From positions 1 to 54,139 of the forward strand of contig JAIPFQ010000002.1 of the NCBI GenBank assembly GCA_021736605.1: a stretch of 54,139 bases of DNA, written 5' to 3'. The position numbers and the translations under genes are program-made. The notes beneath the pieces are model-generated. The model saw only the letters and a program-made list of their open reading frames with translations, searched no databases and was not told where the DNA came from. Of the stretch, positions 9,628-18,379 are shown piece after piece; position 1 is the first letter of the stretch, and the number at the start of each line of letters is the position of its first letter. This DNA comes from Spirochaetales bacterium. Its GTDB lineage: Bacteria; Spirochaetota; Spirochaetia; PWKH01.

Positions 9628-10665
9628 TTTTTTTTCATCACAGTCGTCGGATTTTTCAGATGCGTTTTTCTTATCTTTTTCGCTGGATTTTCTTTCCCGG
9701 AAAATTGTTTTCGGGTTCTGAAGCATAACCATGGTATCCGGACCCACATCATCTTTCAGCCATACATTACTTCCAATGATGCTGTTATTTCCAATATGCA
9801 CATTCCCTAAAATTGTTGCATGAGCATAAATTGTAACATTGTCATCTATGGTAGGATGTCGCTGTACTCCTCGAATAAGATTTCCACAGGCATCTTTTGG
9901 AAAACTTAATGCACCTAAGGTTACTCCCTGATAGATTTTTACATTCTTGCCGATTATAGAAGTTTCTCCAATTACTACCCCCGTTCCATGATCGATAAAG
10001 ACGCTTTCCCCGATTTTGGCTCCCGGATGTATGTCTATGCCTGTTTGAGAATGGGCTATTTCGTTCATCATTCTTGGTATCAGGGGGACTAGAAGGATGT
10101 AAAGAATATGAGAGATTCTATGTATAGCCATTGCCCGGAGACCGGGATAGCTGATTACCACCTCTTCTTCCGACTTGGCTGCAGGATCTCCATCAAAAGC
10201 GGCTTGGACATCAGTTTTCAATACTCTGCGTATTTCAGGTAATTCCGAGAAGAGTTTATCTATTACCCGCTCTGATCGTAATTCACAATTGGGATGCGGA
10301 CAGGATTCGATATCGCATTCATGACGAAAGGCTTTCAGCAGTTGCTCTTCAAGTTTCCATTTAACAGAAGTAAGCAGATCTCCAAGTACATACATAGCAT
10401 TTTCACTGGTAATATCTCTTTTACCGGAGTAGCCGGGAAAAAGGATTTCAATAAGGCCGTCAAGTACTTCCTGGATTCCCTGTACATCGGGAAGTCTTCT
10501 CTCATCAATAAAATTTGTCCCTGCAGATCCATCATAGCTTTTCATTATGTCCTGCAGATATTTGCTGGTTTTACCCGGTAGGTTTTTCAATTCCAAAATT
10601 ATCTCCCCTCTAGGAAAAAAATTTGAATAAAGCCCATAAGCTGCTTTGAAGAGTGTAAATTTCAC
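9622..10665 (-). CDS. cysE: Serine O-acetyltransferase (long N-terminal, EpsC/CysE type)
   Basis: Motifs seen: DVQAAFDGDPAA, and the hexapeptide region GIDIHPGAKIGESVFIDHGTGVVIGETS. The start is uncertain. Candidates are GTG at 10665, or TTG at 10596 preceded by AGGGGAG. The gene overlaps the mnmA 3' end by 6 nt, convergently. Confidence 0.85.
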   Translation of the reverse strand: MKFTLFKAAYGLYSNFFPRGEIILELKNLPGKTSKYLQDIMKSYDGSAGTNFIDERRLPDVQGIQEVLDGLIEILFPGYSGKRDITSENAMYVLGDLLTSVKWKLEEQLLKAFRHECDIESCPHPNCELRSERVIDKLFSELPEIRRVLKTDVQAAFDGDPAAKSEEEVVISYPGLRAMAIHRISHILYILLVPLIPRMMNEIAHSQTGIDIHPGAKIGESVFIDHGTGVVIGETSIIGKNVKIYQGVTLGALSFPKDACGNLIRGVQRHPTIDDNVTIYAHATILGNVHIGNNSIIGSNVWLKDDVGPDTMVMLQNPKTIFRERKSSEKDKKNASEKSDDCDEKKS

Positions 10666-10707
10666 TCAAGTCGGCTTTTACAGCTTTCTGCTTTATTCCG
10701 TTATCAA

Positions 10708-10757
10708 GTAATCAGGTAATCAGGTAATCAGGTAATCAGGTAATCAGGTAATCAGGT
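10708..10757. repeat. Perfect octanucleotide microsatellite (GTAATCAG)x6 plus GT
   Basis: Read directly. The units start at 10708, 10716, 10724, 10732, 10740 and 10748. Confidence 0.97.
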
Positions 10758-10786
10758 TCAAAGACTTAAGATTTTCAGCAAAGAAA

Positions 10787-11524
10787 CTACTTATAAATTT
10801 TTACGGCAGCCATTTTTCTGAAATGCTTTTCTATACGATCCGACTCCTGTTTACTTAAACCTGCTCTGGCAAAAATATCCCTGTAAAACTGACGAAGCTC
10901 AAGCTTCTCCTGCTGTTTGAAAAAATCAATTGATTCAAGGGATTCTACAATAGTATCAACAGTTTTTTCCAGCTGATTCCTCTCAATAGGTCTATATCCA
11001 TCTGTATCGGTCAATCCTCTTCTCAATTCATAAGCAATGATTTGTACAGCCTGCGCTAGATTCAGACTTGGAAAGTCTTTACTTGTCGGTATCCTTACTG
11101 CTGCATCGCATATACTGAGCTCCCTTAAGGTCAATCCGTCAGATTCTCTCCCGAACACAATGGAAACAATACCAGGTCCCAGGGAGTTGATCTTCTCTGT
11201 CAGCTGTTCCGGGAGATAGGAAAAATATTTTCTAAATTTTCCTCTTCTTCTCGTAGCCCCGATAGTCAGAATACTATCAGATACAGCCTCTGAAAGGGTG
11301 GAATATCTCTTGTGCTGTTCATATATATCAAAGGCATGGATAGCCAGCTTTCTAATACTATCTTCATGATATCGTGAATTACTGACAATAGCCAGTCTCG
11401 ATAAGCCCATTGTTTTCATAGCCCTGCATACAGATCCGATATTCTCGTCCGTTTCCGTATCAACCAGGACTATCTGCAGTCTATCTAAATTTGTTTGTTT
11501 ATTATTAAGTTTCTCTAAAGCCAT
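10787..11524 (-). CDS. SpoU/TrmH-family RNA 2'-O-methyltransferase (TrmJ-like)
   Basis: The sequence LQIVLVDTETDENIGSVCRAMKTMGLSRLAIV and the C-terminal knot region LNLAQAVQIIAYEL are typical of TrmJ/LasT. Confidence 0.75.
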   Translation of the reverse strand: MALEKLNNKQTNLDRLQIVLVDTETDENIGSVCRAMKTMGLSRLAIVSNSRYHEDSIRKLAIHAFDIYEQHKRYSTLSEAVSDSILTIGATRRRGKFRKYFSYLPEQLTEKINSLGPGIVSIVFGRESDGLTLRELSICDAAVRIPTSKDFPSLNLAQAVQIIAYELRRGLTDTDGYRPIERNQLEKTVDTIVESLESIDFFKQQEKLELRQFYRDIFARAGLSKQESDRIEKHFRKMAAVKIYK

Positions 11525-11580
11525 GGTCTTAGTATATTAATATATTGCTAGTTTTTCAAAGGTGCTTTATAGTGTAATGG

Positions 11581-12777
11581 ATGGAAAATAATAAGATAAA
11601 AGAAAAAAGTGACAAATTTGAAAAAACTAAACAAATCGCTTTGGGTATTGTATTATTTGTTCTTATTACTTTTGTATTGAAAGCGGCCAATACTATAACT
11701 GTGCCATTGGCGGTATCCTTTTTCCTCTTTCTTATCCTGAATCCCCTAGTGAATCGGCTTGAAAAAAACAGAGTTCCCAGATGGTTAGCCATCTCATTAG
11801 TTATAACTCTCCTTATTTTTATTTTTGCATTGGTCTTTTTGTTTTTAACGGTGGCTATTAACTCATTTATAAATAAAGTGCCAAAATATATTAATAAATT
11901 TGAAGAAATTTTCGGAGGACTAAGTGAGCAGATAACTCCATATCTCGGCTTATCTCCTTCAGATGTCTTTTCTGATCTTGTTGACTGGAAATCTATGTTG
12001 ATTAATACTCTGACATCAGCTTCCGGGTCTGTGGTAAATATTCTCAGCACCTCTTTTCTTATTTTTATTTTTGTACTGTTTCTCCTTTTAGAGCGGCAGT
12101 CGCTTATTCCTAAATTTAAGGTTGCACTTCCCAGTCGCTCAGGAATGAAGGCGGCAATAGTTTTTGAGCGTATTAACAGGCAGATTTCACAGTATCTAAT
12201 ATTAAAATCCCTTATCAGTTTAGGCACCGGTATTCTGTTTTATGTAGGAGCCTTGGCCGTAAATCTCGATTTTGCCGTTATTTGGGGAGTTCTGGCTTTT
12301 CTAATGAATTTTATACCCTCTATCGGTTCCGTTATTATAACTGTGCTTACCATAATTATGGCTACAATCCAGTTTTTTCCTGATTATGTGCAGATAATTT
12401 ATGTAGCTCTGATAATGACGATGATACAGATGATTATGGGTAATATCTTGGACCCCCGTTTTCAGGGAAGCAGACTTAATTTGAGTCCCTTCGTTATTCT
12501 TGTAGCTCTGATATTCTGGGGCTATGTCTGGGGTATTGTAGGAATGTTTCTCTCTGTACCGATAATGGCTGTTACTCAGATTGTCTGTGATAACATACCG
12601 GGCTTGAAGCCCATATCCGTACTTATCAGCAGCGGGAAAAGATATAGAAAACAAATTAGGGAAGAAGATAAAAGAAAAAGGGAAAAATATAAAAAAGAGC
12701 GAGAAGAAAAACGCCGAATGAATAAGGAAAGACGCCTTCAAGCAAAAATCGAACGTCAGAAGAGGAAAAACGCTTAA
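11581..12777 (+). CDS. AI-2E family (PerM/UPF0118) transporter with a highly charged K/R/E C-terminal tail
   Basis: The protein has about 8 TM helices and a conserved end, FIPSIGSVIITV ... PRFQGSRLNLSPFVILVALIFWGYVWGIVGMFLSVP. The last ~45 aa read KRYRKQIREEDKRKREKYKKEREEKRRMNKERRLQAKIERQKRKNA. Confidence 0.8.
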   Translation: MENNKIKEKSDKFEKTKQIALGIVLFVLITFVLKAANTITVPLAVSFFLFLILNPLVNRLEKNRVPRWLAISLVITLLIFIFALVFLFLTVAINSFINKVPKYINKFEEIFGGLSEQITPYLGLSPSDVFSDLVDWKSMLINTLTSASGSVVNILSTSFLIFIFVLFLLLERQSLIPKFKVALPSRSGMKAAIVFERINRQISQYLILKSLISLGTGILFYVGALAVNLDFAVIWGVLAFLMNFIPSIGSVIITVLTIIMATIQFFPDYVQIIYVALIMTMIQMIMGNILDPRFQGSRLNLSPFVILVALIFWGYVWGIVGMFLSVPIMAVTQIVCDNIPGLKPISVLISSGKRYRKQIREEDKRKREKYKKEREEKRRMNKERRLQAKIERQKRKNA

Positions 12778-12834
12778 CAGTTTTCCCTTTCTTGAAACTG
12801 CGATGTTTTTACAAATCCTTTTACAATTATTCGA

Positions 12835-12863
12835 TTGCATGAAACCTTAAATCTCATTATGAT
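12835..12863 (+). promoter_or_regulatory. Sigma70-like promoter candidate for trpS (TTGCAT, 17 nt, TATGAT)
   Basis: The hexamers are at 12835-12840 and 12858-12863, about 28 nt upstream of the trpS ATG. Chance matches are plausible in this AT-rich context. Confidence 0.35.
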
Positions 12864-12890
12864 ACATATATTTCTATAAAAGGATGAATC

Positions 12891-13943
12891 ATGGAAAAGA
12901 AGCGTATATTAACCGGTGACAGGCCTACAGGGAAACTGCATCTAGGTCATTATGTGGGATCCCTGCAGAATAGAGTGCAGCTGCAGAAACAGTATGAATG
13001 TTTTTTTATTATTGCAGATCTGCATACCCTTACAACAAAACCCTCCAAAAAGAATATCGAATCCATTGCAGTTAGTGCACGCGAAATGGTTCTGGATTAT
13101 CTAGCTTGCGGAATTGATCCTCATGAATCAGTTATTTATCTTCAGTCGGCTGTCCATGAAGTATATGAAATGAATCTTCTTTTTGAGATGCTGGTAAGTG
13201 TTCCCAGACTGCAGCGGATTCCAAGTTTGAAGGATATGGCTCGATCAGCTGATTTAAACGAAATGCCATTTGGCCTGCTTGGGTATCCTGTGCTTCAGGC
13301 TGCTGATATTCTCATGCCTAGGGCTAATCTTGTTCCCGTGGGAAAGGATAATGAATCCCACGTTGAGCTGAGCAGGGAAATTGCACGGAAATTTAATTAC
13401 CTTTACGGTGAAGTATTTCCTGTCCCAGATGTTCTCGTTGGTAATGTAGGATCTCTGGTAGGAACCGATGGCAGTGCTAAAATGTCTAAATCCCTGAATA
13501 ATGCCATTTATCTATCGGATGATGCAAAGACTGTGGAAAAGAAAGTAAAGAGCATGTATACCGATCCTAATCGCATACGGTCTGATATCCCCGGCAAGGT
13601 GGAAGGGAATCCTGTTTTTATGTATCATGATACCTTTAATTCAAATAAAGAAGAGGTGTCTGAGCTCAAGGAGCGATATCGGAAAGGTGCGGTCGGCGAT
13701 GTTGAAGTAAAGCAGAAACTTTCATTTGCCCTGAATAATTTTCTGGAACCGATACGTGAAAAAAGACAGGAGTATGCTGATCAAAAAGGTTTTGTAGATG
13801 AAGTAATCTACAATGGAACCCTTCGCATGCGTGAAGAGGCGAGATATACCTTGAAAGAGATGAAGAGGGAAATGGGGCTTTCGGGCATTTGGAATAAAAT
13901 AAGCAGAAAAGCAGAAAAAAGGCAGAAAGCTAAGGATATGTAA
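12891..13943 (+). CDS. trpS: Tryptophan--tRNA ligase
   Basis: The HIGH-type motif GKLHLGHY and KMSKS are present. AAGGA lies 7 nt upstream of the ATG. Confidence 0.95.
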   Translation: MEKKRILTGDRPTGKLHLGHYVGSLQNRVQLQKQYECFFIIADLHTLTTKPSKKNIESIAVSAREMVLDYLACGIDPHESVIYLQSAVHEVYEMNLLFEMLVSVPRLQRIPSLKDMARSADLNEMPFGLLGYPVLQAADILMPRANLVPVGKDNESHVELSREIARKFNYLYGEVFPVPDVLVGNVGSLVGTDGSAKMSKSLNNAIYLSDDAKTVEKKVKSMYTDPNRIRSDIPGKVEGNPVFMYHDTFNSNKEEVSELKERYRKGAVGDVEVKQKLSFALNNFLEPIREKRQEYADQKGFVDEVIYNGTLRMREEARYTLKEMKREMGLSGIWNKISRKAEKRQKAKDM

Positions 13944-13998
13944 AGGACGACAGGACGACGGCAAAAAAACTCATGTTGTTCTAAAGAAAGGAAGCAGG

Positions 13999-14964
13999 AT
14001 GGCTGAAGACTGTAGAAATAGGTTGAATCCGGAAACAGAACTTCCGCTGGATATAATTTCCAGGACAGATTTTCTTATACCTCCATTTTGTGATTACGGA
14101 GATCCGAATAAACAGGATATTGATAATTTTCGTGCTCTCATATATGCCTGCTATTCCAATTTTGGACGAAAATTTCCTTGGAGAGAAACACAGGATCCTT
14201 ATCGAATTCTGCTTTCAGAAATGATGCTGCAGCAGACCCAGACAGACCGTGTTCTGCCGAAATATATTCAGTTCCTTGAAACATATCCGGATATTAAGTC
14301 TTTAGCCGAAGCTGATATTTCTGAAGTCATTACCCTTTGGAAGGGCCTTGGGTATAACAGACGTGCCCTTGCTCTGGTAAGGATAGCAGAGACGGTGGTT
14401 GAAAAATGGGATGGGCAAATACCGGAAGATGAAAAATTACTGCGTTCACTTTATATGGTGGGGCCGGCCACAGCAGCCGCAATACGGGCATTTTCTTTTA
14501 AAAAACCATCTTTGTATTTGGAAACAAATATTCGGAGAGTTCTTCTGTATTTTTTCTTTTATGGAGCTGAAGAGGTAAAAGATGCGCAGCTCTATGACCT
14601 GCTTGAACTTATAATGGATGAAAAAGATCCGAAGCAGTGGTATTATGCTTTGATGGATTATGGTGTGTTCCTTAAAAAAGTAATACCCAACCCAAATCGA
14701 AGAAGTGCTCATTATACCCGTCAGGCACAATTTAAGAATTCAAATAGGGAAATTCGCGGCAAGCTTTTAGACCTGCTTATCTCCAAAGGGGATGTTCAAT
14801 TTGAAGATATCAATGCAGAACTGAATTATACCGAAGAACGCTTGCTGAATTGTCTCAATTCACTAATAAACGAAGGCTTCATTTCTGTTTATCAAAGCAG
14901 GCGGACAGAAGCTGCTGAAGCTGTTTCCAGATACGGGTTGGCAAAAAAAACTTCATGTGAATAA
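13999..14964 (+). CDS. HhH-GPD DNA glycosylase, MutY-like N-terminal domain, without Fe-S cluster cysteines or a NUDIX-like C-terminal domain
   Basis: PWRETQDPYRILLSEMMLQQTQTDRV and LWKGLGYNRRA match MutY. The region equivalent to the 4Fe-4S loop (ALMDYGVFLKKVIPNPNRRSAHYTRQAQF) has no Cys. Confidence 0.7.
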   Translation: MAEDCRNRLNPETELPLDIISRTDFLIPPFCDYGDPNKQDIDNFRALIYACYSNFGRKFPWRETQDPYRILLSEMMLQQTQTDRVLPKYIQFLETYPDIKSLAEADISEVITLWKGLGYNRRALALVRIAETVVEKWDGQIPEDEKLLRSLYMVGPATAAAIRAFSFKKPSLYLETNIRRVLLYFFFYGAEEVKDAQLYDLLELIMDEKDPKQWYYALMDYGVFLKKVIPNPNRRSAHYTRQAQFKNSNREIRGKLLDLLISKGDVQFEDINAELNYTEERLLNCLNSLINEGFISVYQSRRTEAAEAVSRYGLAKKTSCE

Positions 14965-15021
14965 TATTTGTAGTCTTTAATTTTTTTTTGTAGGAATACA
15001 AGAAGAGTCTTCTAGGAAGTA

Positions 15022-15050
15022 TTGAAAAAAGTATAATACTATATTATAAA
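15022..15050 (+). promoter_or_regulatory. Sigma70-like promoter candidate (TTGAAA, 17 nt, TATAAA)
   Basis: The hexamers are at 15022-15027 and 15045-15050. The predicted transcription start is near G15056-G15058. Confidence 0.4.
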
Positions 15051-15056
15051 AATAAG

Positions 15057-15166
15057 TGCCCTGCAATTTCCTGGAACATCGGAGAATTTTTCTCCGACCC
15101 ACCTGTACCTGAACAATAAGTTCAGGCATAGTTCCGGCTCATATGATCCATATGAGCCGGTTTTTC
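15057..15166 (+). ncRNA. Candidate ~110-nt structured RNA (sRNA or riboswitch-like leader): a three-way junction plus a terminator
   Basis: P1 pairs 15071-15077 with 15131-15137 (one U-G pair). P2 pairs 15079-15085 with 15091-15097. P3 pairs 15108-15114 with 15120-15126. The terminator follows at 15134-15166. No class was recognised. Confidence 0.35.
15134..15166 (+). terminator. Intrinsic terminator
   Basis: A 12-bp perfect stem pairs ccggctcatatg with catatgagccgg (15134-15145 / 15149-15160). TTTTTCT follows. Confidence 0.75.
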
Positions 15167-15387
15167 TAATTGTCTGAACTGCAACTACACTAAGCACTTT
15201 TATTCTATTTGCATAGTTTTTATAATCCTCATAAGATTTTTCTTACAGCATAATCCTTCAATACTCCATAAACTTTGTAAAAAAAGAAATATGCTCTGTA
15301 AAAGTCTATCATCCTTTCGGGTGATACCCTCTCCAGCTAATGCGGGTATACTGAAGTAACAAATCACTTAAGGGATGGGAGGTCTAT

Positions 15388-15849
15388 ATGTTTATTACAA
15401 AGGACAACATGATTAAACTGCTGCGTGAAACTGTTAAAGATGAGGGGATGACTTATCAAGTTTTCATTCCAAGTTGGCAATGGGAATTTGAGGTGTACGC
15501 TGCGGAAGCAGGTGCGTCTGCTTCCGGGCTTTTCAGAAATGATATTAAACTTCCATATACAAATTTATGCAATGGGAAAGAGAAAGTAATAGAAGAGATA
15601 GAAAAAGCTCAGGAAAGGCCGCTGATAAGATTTGGGGAAGGTGATCTTCTTTTCCATTATGATATTTATATTTGGGGAGAATCTTGGTATATGGTTTATA
15701 ATCCCTATCTTCAGAAGATTGAAGTTCATGATTTTAATGACTTTTTCAGCCTAATGAAGAGTTCTCTGCTCCCGGAATGGACTAAAAACAGTCAGGAGAG
15801 TCTGGATACGGAACTTGAGCAGGAAACTGCTGAAGCCCAAGTCAGCTAA
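15388..15849 (+). CDS. Hypothetical cytoplasmic protein (153 aa)
   Basis: A strong RBS (GGGAGG) lies 6 nt upstream of the ATG. I recognised no family motif with confidence. The C-terminus is acidic. Confidence 0.6.
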   Translation: MFITKDNMIKLLRETVKDEGMTYQVFIPSWQWEFEVYAAEAGASASGLFRNDIKLPYTNLCNGKEKVIEEIEKAQERPLIRFGEGDLLFHYDIYIWGESWYMVYNPYLQKIEVHDFNDFFSLMKSSLLPEWTKNSQESLDTELEQETAEAQVS

Positions 15850-16000
15850 AAGAGATAATGAAAATAGCTTAAGCTTAAATTTAAGCAGCTGTAAGGGGAG
15901 TTAAACTCTATACTGCAGTTTGCTGCTTTGAATATTCTGAATTTAGAGAATGCTTGTCGTTTTTGTAGACAAAACTTTAATTCGCAAGTACAATATCCGG

Positions 16001-16044
16001 GATTCTGTTGACTGCTAGATAATCAGTCAGCAGAATCTTTTTCT
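16001..16044 (+). terminator. Terminator-like hairpin 40 nt upstream of the hexokinase start
   Basis: A 14-bp stem pairs gattctgttgactg with cagtcagcagaatc (one G-T pair) around a 9-nt loop. TTTTTCT follows. Confidence 0.6.
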
Positions 16045-16083
16045 CAATAAATGAAAATAGCTAATGAAGTGAAAGGAGTTTTC

Positions 16084-17400
16084 ATGGGAACTTTGGATAT
16101 TGTAGAGAAAGTGGATAGTTATCTTAGCGAACATGGTCTGCACCCAGATAATGTTGATATGGACAAAATCTGCGATACCTTTCTCGCAGAAATGGAAAAG
16201 GGTTTACGTAGTGATTCTTCATCTTTAGCCATGCTCCCTACGTATATTCCTGTCAAAAAATATATTGCACCGGATGAGAATGTTATTGTGCTAGATGCAG
16301 GCGGTACAAATTTTCGATCCTGTATTGTTCGTTTTTCTCCTGATGGAGAGGCTAAGATCAGCAAGTTTACAAAACATACCATGCCCGGCAGCAGGGAAGA
16401 ATTGTCGGCAAAAGATTTTTTCTCCAAGATGGTGAACTTTTCCGAAGAAATACTCATGGACAGCAGTAATATCGGCTTCTGTTTCTCGTATCCGACTAAA
16501 ATTACACCTGAAAGAGATGGTATCCTTCTGCATTTTTCAAAGGAAATTAAAGCCTCTGAAGTGATCGGCAAGTTGATCGGGAAAAACTTTCTGCTTGAGG
16601 CTGAATCAAGATTTCCTGATGCTGAATGGAATTTGACAGTCCTGAACGATACCGTTGCAACACTGCTTTCCGGTAAAGCATCAGCAGAAGAACATCGCTA
16701 CAGCAGTTATATCGGATTTATTCTTGGTACTGGTACAAACACTTGTTACATAGAGGAAAACTCGAACATCACAAAGGCTGATCTTAAGGATGTTTCATAC
16801 ACACATCAAGTAGTGAATATAGAAAGCGGCGGGTTTGACATTAAGCTCAGCAAAATTGATAAAGCTTTTTACAAAACAACCGAGGCCTCCGGTACGTATC
16901 ATTTTGAAAAAATTGTTTCCGGCGCTTATCTCGGACCCTATATTCTCTTTGTACTGAAAAAAATTGCCGCAGATCTTCTGGATGAAAATACAGCAAAAAA
17001 TATAAAAAGTATCAAAACTCTTGATACTGTTGCCATGGATACATTTCTCCATGATCCTGAAGCAGATTCGCCCTTAGCTAATGCGTGTTCGGGGTCGGCA
17101 ACAGAGTATCGAAAAGCCTTGTACCATATTTGTGATAAGCTTATAGAAAGGGCGGCTAAACTTACCGCAGTAAATCTGTCAGCGGCGGTTATAAAAAGCG
17201 GTAAAGGTACTCACGAAAAGTTTCCGGTCTGTATAAATGCCGATGGTACAACTTTTTATAAAACACATAATCTTAAAAAATATACCTGCCGCTATATGAA
17301 TGAATTCCTGACGCAAAAACACAAGCGCTACTATGAGATGGTGCATATCGCGAATTCTCCGATTATTGGGGCAGCTATTGCCGGACTCCAGAACCAGTAA
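16084..17400 (+). CDS. Hexokinase-family sugar kinase
   Basis: The hexokinase phosphate-1 motif VLDAGGTNFRSCIV is present, and the later GTGTN element follows in the expected order. AAGGAG lies 6 nt upstream of ATG 16084. The track ORF starts at 16051. Confidence 0.8.
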   Translation: MGTLDIVEKVDSYLSEHGLHPDNVDMDKICDTFLAEMEKGLRSDSSSLAMLPTYIPVKKYIAPDENVIVLDAGGTNFRSCIVRFSPDGEAKISKFTKHTMPGSREELSAKDFFSKMVNFSEEILMDSSNIGFCFSYPTKITPERDGILLHFSKEIKASEVIGKLIGKNFLLEAESRFPDAEWNLTVLNDTVATLLSGKASAEEHRYSSYIGFILGTGTNTCYIEENSNITKADLKDVSYTHQVVNIESGGFDIKLSKIDKAFYKTTEASGTYHFEKIVSGAYLGPYILFVLKKIAADLLDENTAKNIKSIKTLDTVAMDTFLHDPEADSPLANACSGSATEYRKALYHICDKLIERAAKLTAVNLSAAVIKSGKGTHEKFPVCINADGTTFYKTHNLKKYTCRYMNEFLTQKHKRYYEMVHIANSPIIGAAIAGLQNQ

Positions 17401-18316
17401 TACTGAGTTTACTGCCGATGGGAGAGATATCCAGAGCATTCCCAAAATGTGCAAAGTGCCAGGAAGGGTTTTGTGTGCGTAAGCCGCCTAAAGCCCACTG
17501 CAGGTCAAAAGTCATAGCCCAAAAACGAGCTCTATCTGCCATTGCATGAATTTCCGGGTAATAATCACTCATGAGAGCGGTAAAACTCTCTCCGTACTGG
17601 TTCATAATAGTTGCGATATCGTTAGCTGGATCACCAAGGCCTGCTGTTCCGAAATCTATAATCCCAGTGATATCTTTTTCTGAAGGGGAATAGAGAATAT
17701 GATATGCCTGAAGATCTCCATGAACAAGGACTTCTTCAGCATCCATAAACGTATTGTCCCCTATGATATGATGAAATAACTCTTCTATTCGCTGCTGGGT
17801 AAAATTATTCAGGTAGGGGTACAGCTCCTGCTGAACTTCATCAAAGAGAATAAGCCAGTCATTGTATGTGTGGTAGGTAAGGGAACGTTCTATGCCTTTT
17901 TGCTGGATATGTTCTTTGGGAATACTGTGCATCTGTTTTAAGAAAAGCGCCAGCTGCTTCGCCCATTTTTTCTGGATATTTTTTGGCTGAGACAGGATGA
18001 TGCTGCGGGAAAGCGGTTCTCCCGGAATTCGTTCATAGCCGACAAAATTCCCATAAGAAGTCCACCGAGGCACAGACATTTCGGATATATCTTCAAGCAG
18101 ACTCAGGCATTTTTTCTCCTGATCCATTTGTTCCAGTATCCAATCAAATTTTGGGAATCGAAAAATCCGATCCTGATTTATGATGATTATATCATTGAAC
18201 ATACCATCATTATTAATATCGAAATCATCTATTTTGAGATCCGGAATAGCCCTTTTTATTTGATTAATATGTTCATATTCAAGTTTTATTTCATTTAAAT
18301 TCATTCGACGATACAT
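17375..18316 (-). CDS. APH-fold (aminoglycoside/choline/sugar kinase-like) phosphotransferase
   Basis: The catalytic loop is VLVHGDLQAYHILY, with His where the Brenner Asn is expected. The DFG-like segment is IIDFGTAGLGDPANDIA. The gene overlaps the hexokinase 3' end by 26 nt. Confidence 0.7.
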   Translation of the reverse strand: MYRRMNLNEIKLEYEHINQIKRAIPDLKIDDFDINNDGMFNDIIIINQDRIFRFPKFDWILEQMDQEKKCLSLLEDISEMSVPRWTSYGNFVGYERIPGEPLSRSIILSQPKNIQKKWAKQLALFLKQMHSIPKEHIQQKGIERSLTYHTYNDWLILFDEVQQELYPYLNNFTQQRIEELFHHIIGDNTFMDAEEVLVHGDLQAYHILYSPSEKDITGIIDFGTAGLGDPANDIATIMNQYGESFTALMSDYYPEIHAMADRARFWAMTFDLQWALGGLRTQNPSWHFAHFGNALDISPIGSKLSITGSGVRQ

Positions 18317-18379
18317 AGTTTCCCCCTGAGAAAATGATAGTAAAATTATACCACCATCAATTTCTCAATGCATCCATTA

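Noticed and set aside
11556-12840. Two long antisense ORFs (223 aa and 179 aa) lie opposite the AI-2E transporter gene.
   Set aside because: They have no recognisable motifs, basic low-complexity composition and no RBS. They lie entirely within a well-supported gene, as typical shadow ORFs do. The same applies to the other short ORFs in the track that are nested within or antisense to called genes.
12778-12890. I looked for a T-box or Trp-responsive leader upstream of trpS.
   Set aside because: The region is only 113 nt. It has no specifier or T-box sequence, no terminator hairpin and no GTAACAT half-sites.
15866-15890. The palindrome agcttaagcttaaatttaagcagct lies after the 15388 ORF. It contains a 14-bp perfect palindrome, gcttaaatttaagc.
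   Set aside because: It is an AT-rich palindrome without a following T tract and has no clear position relative to a promoter. It could be a weak hairpin or a chance match.
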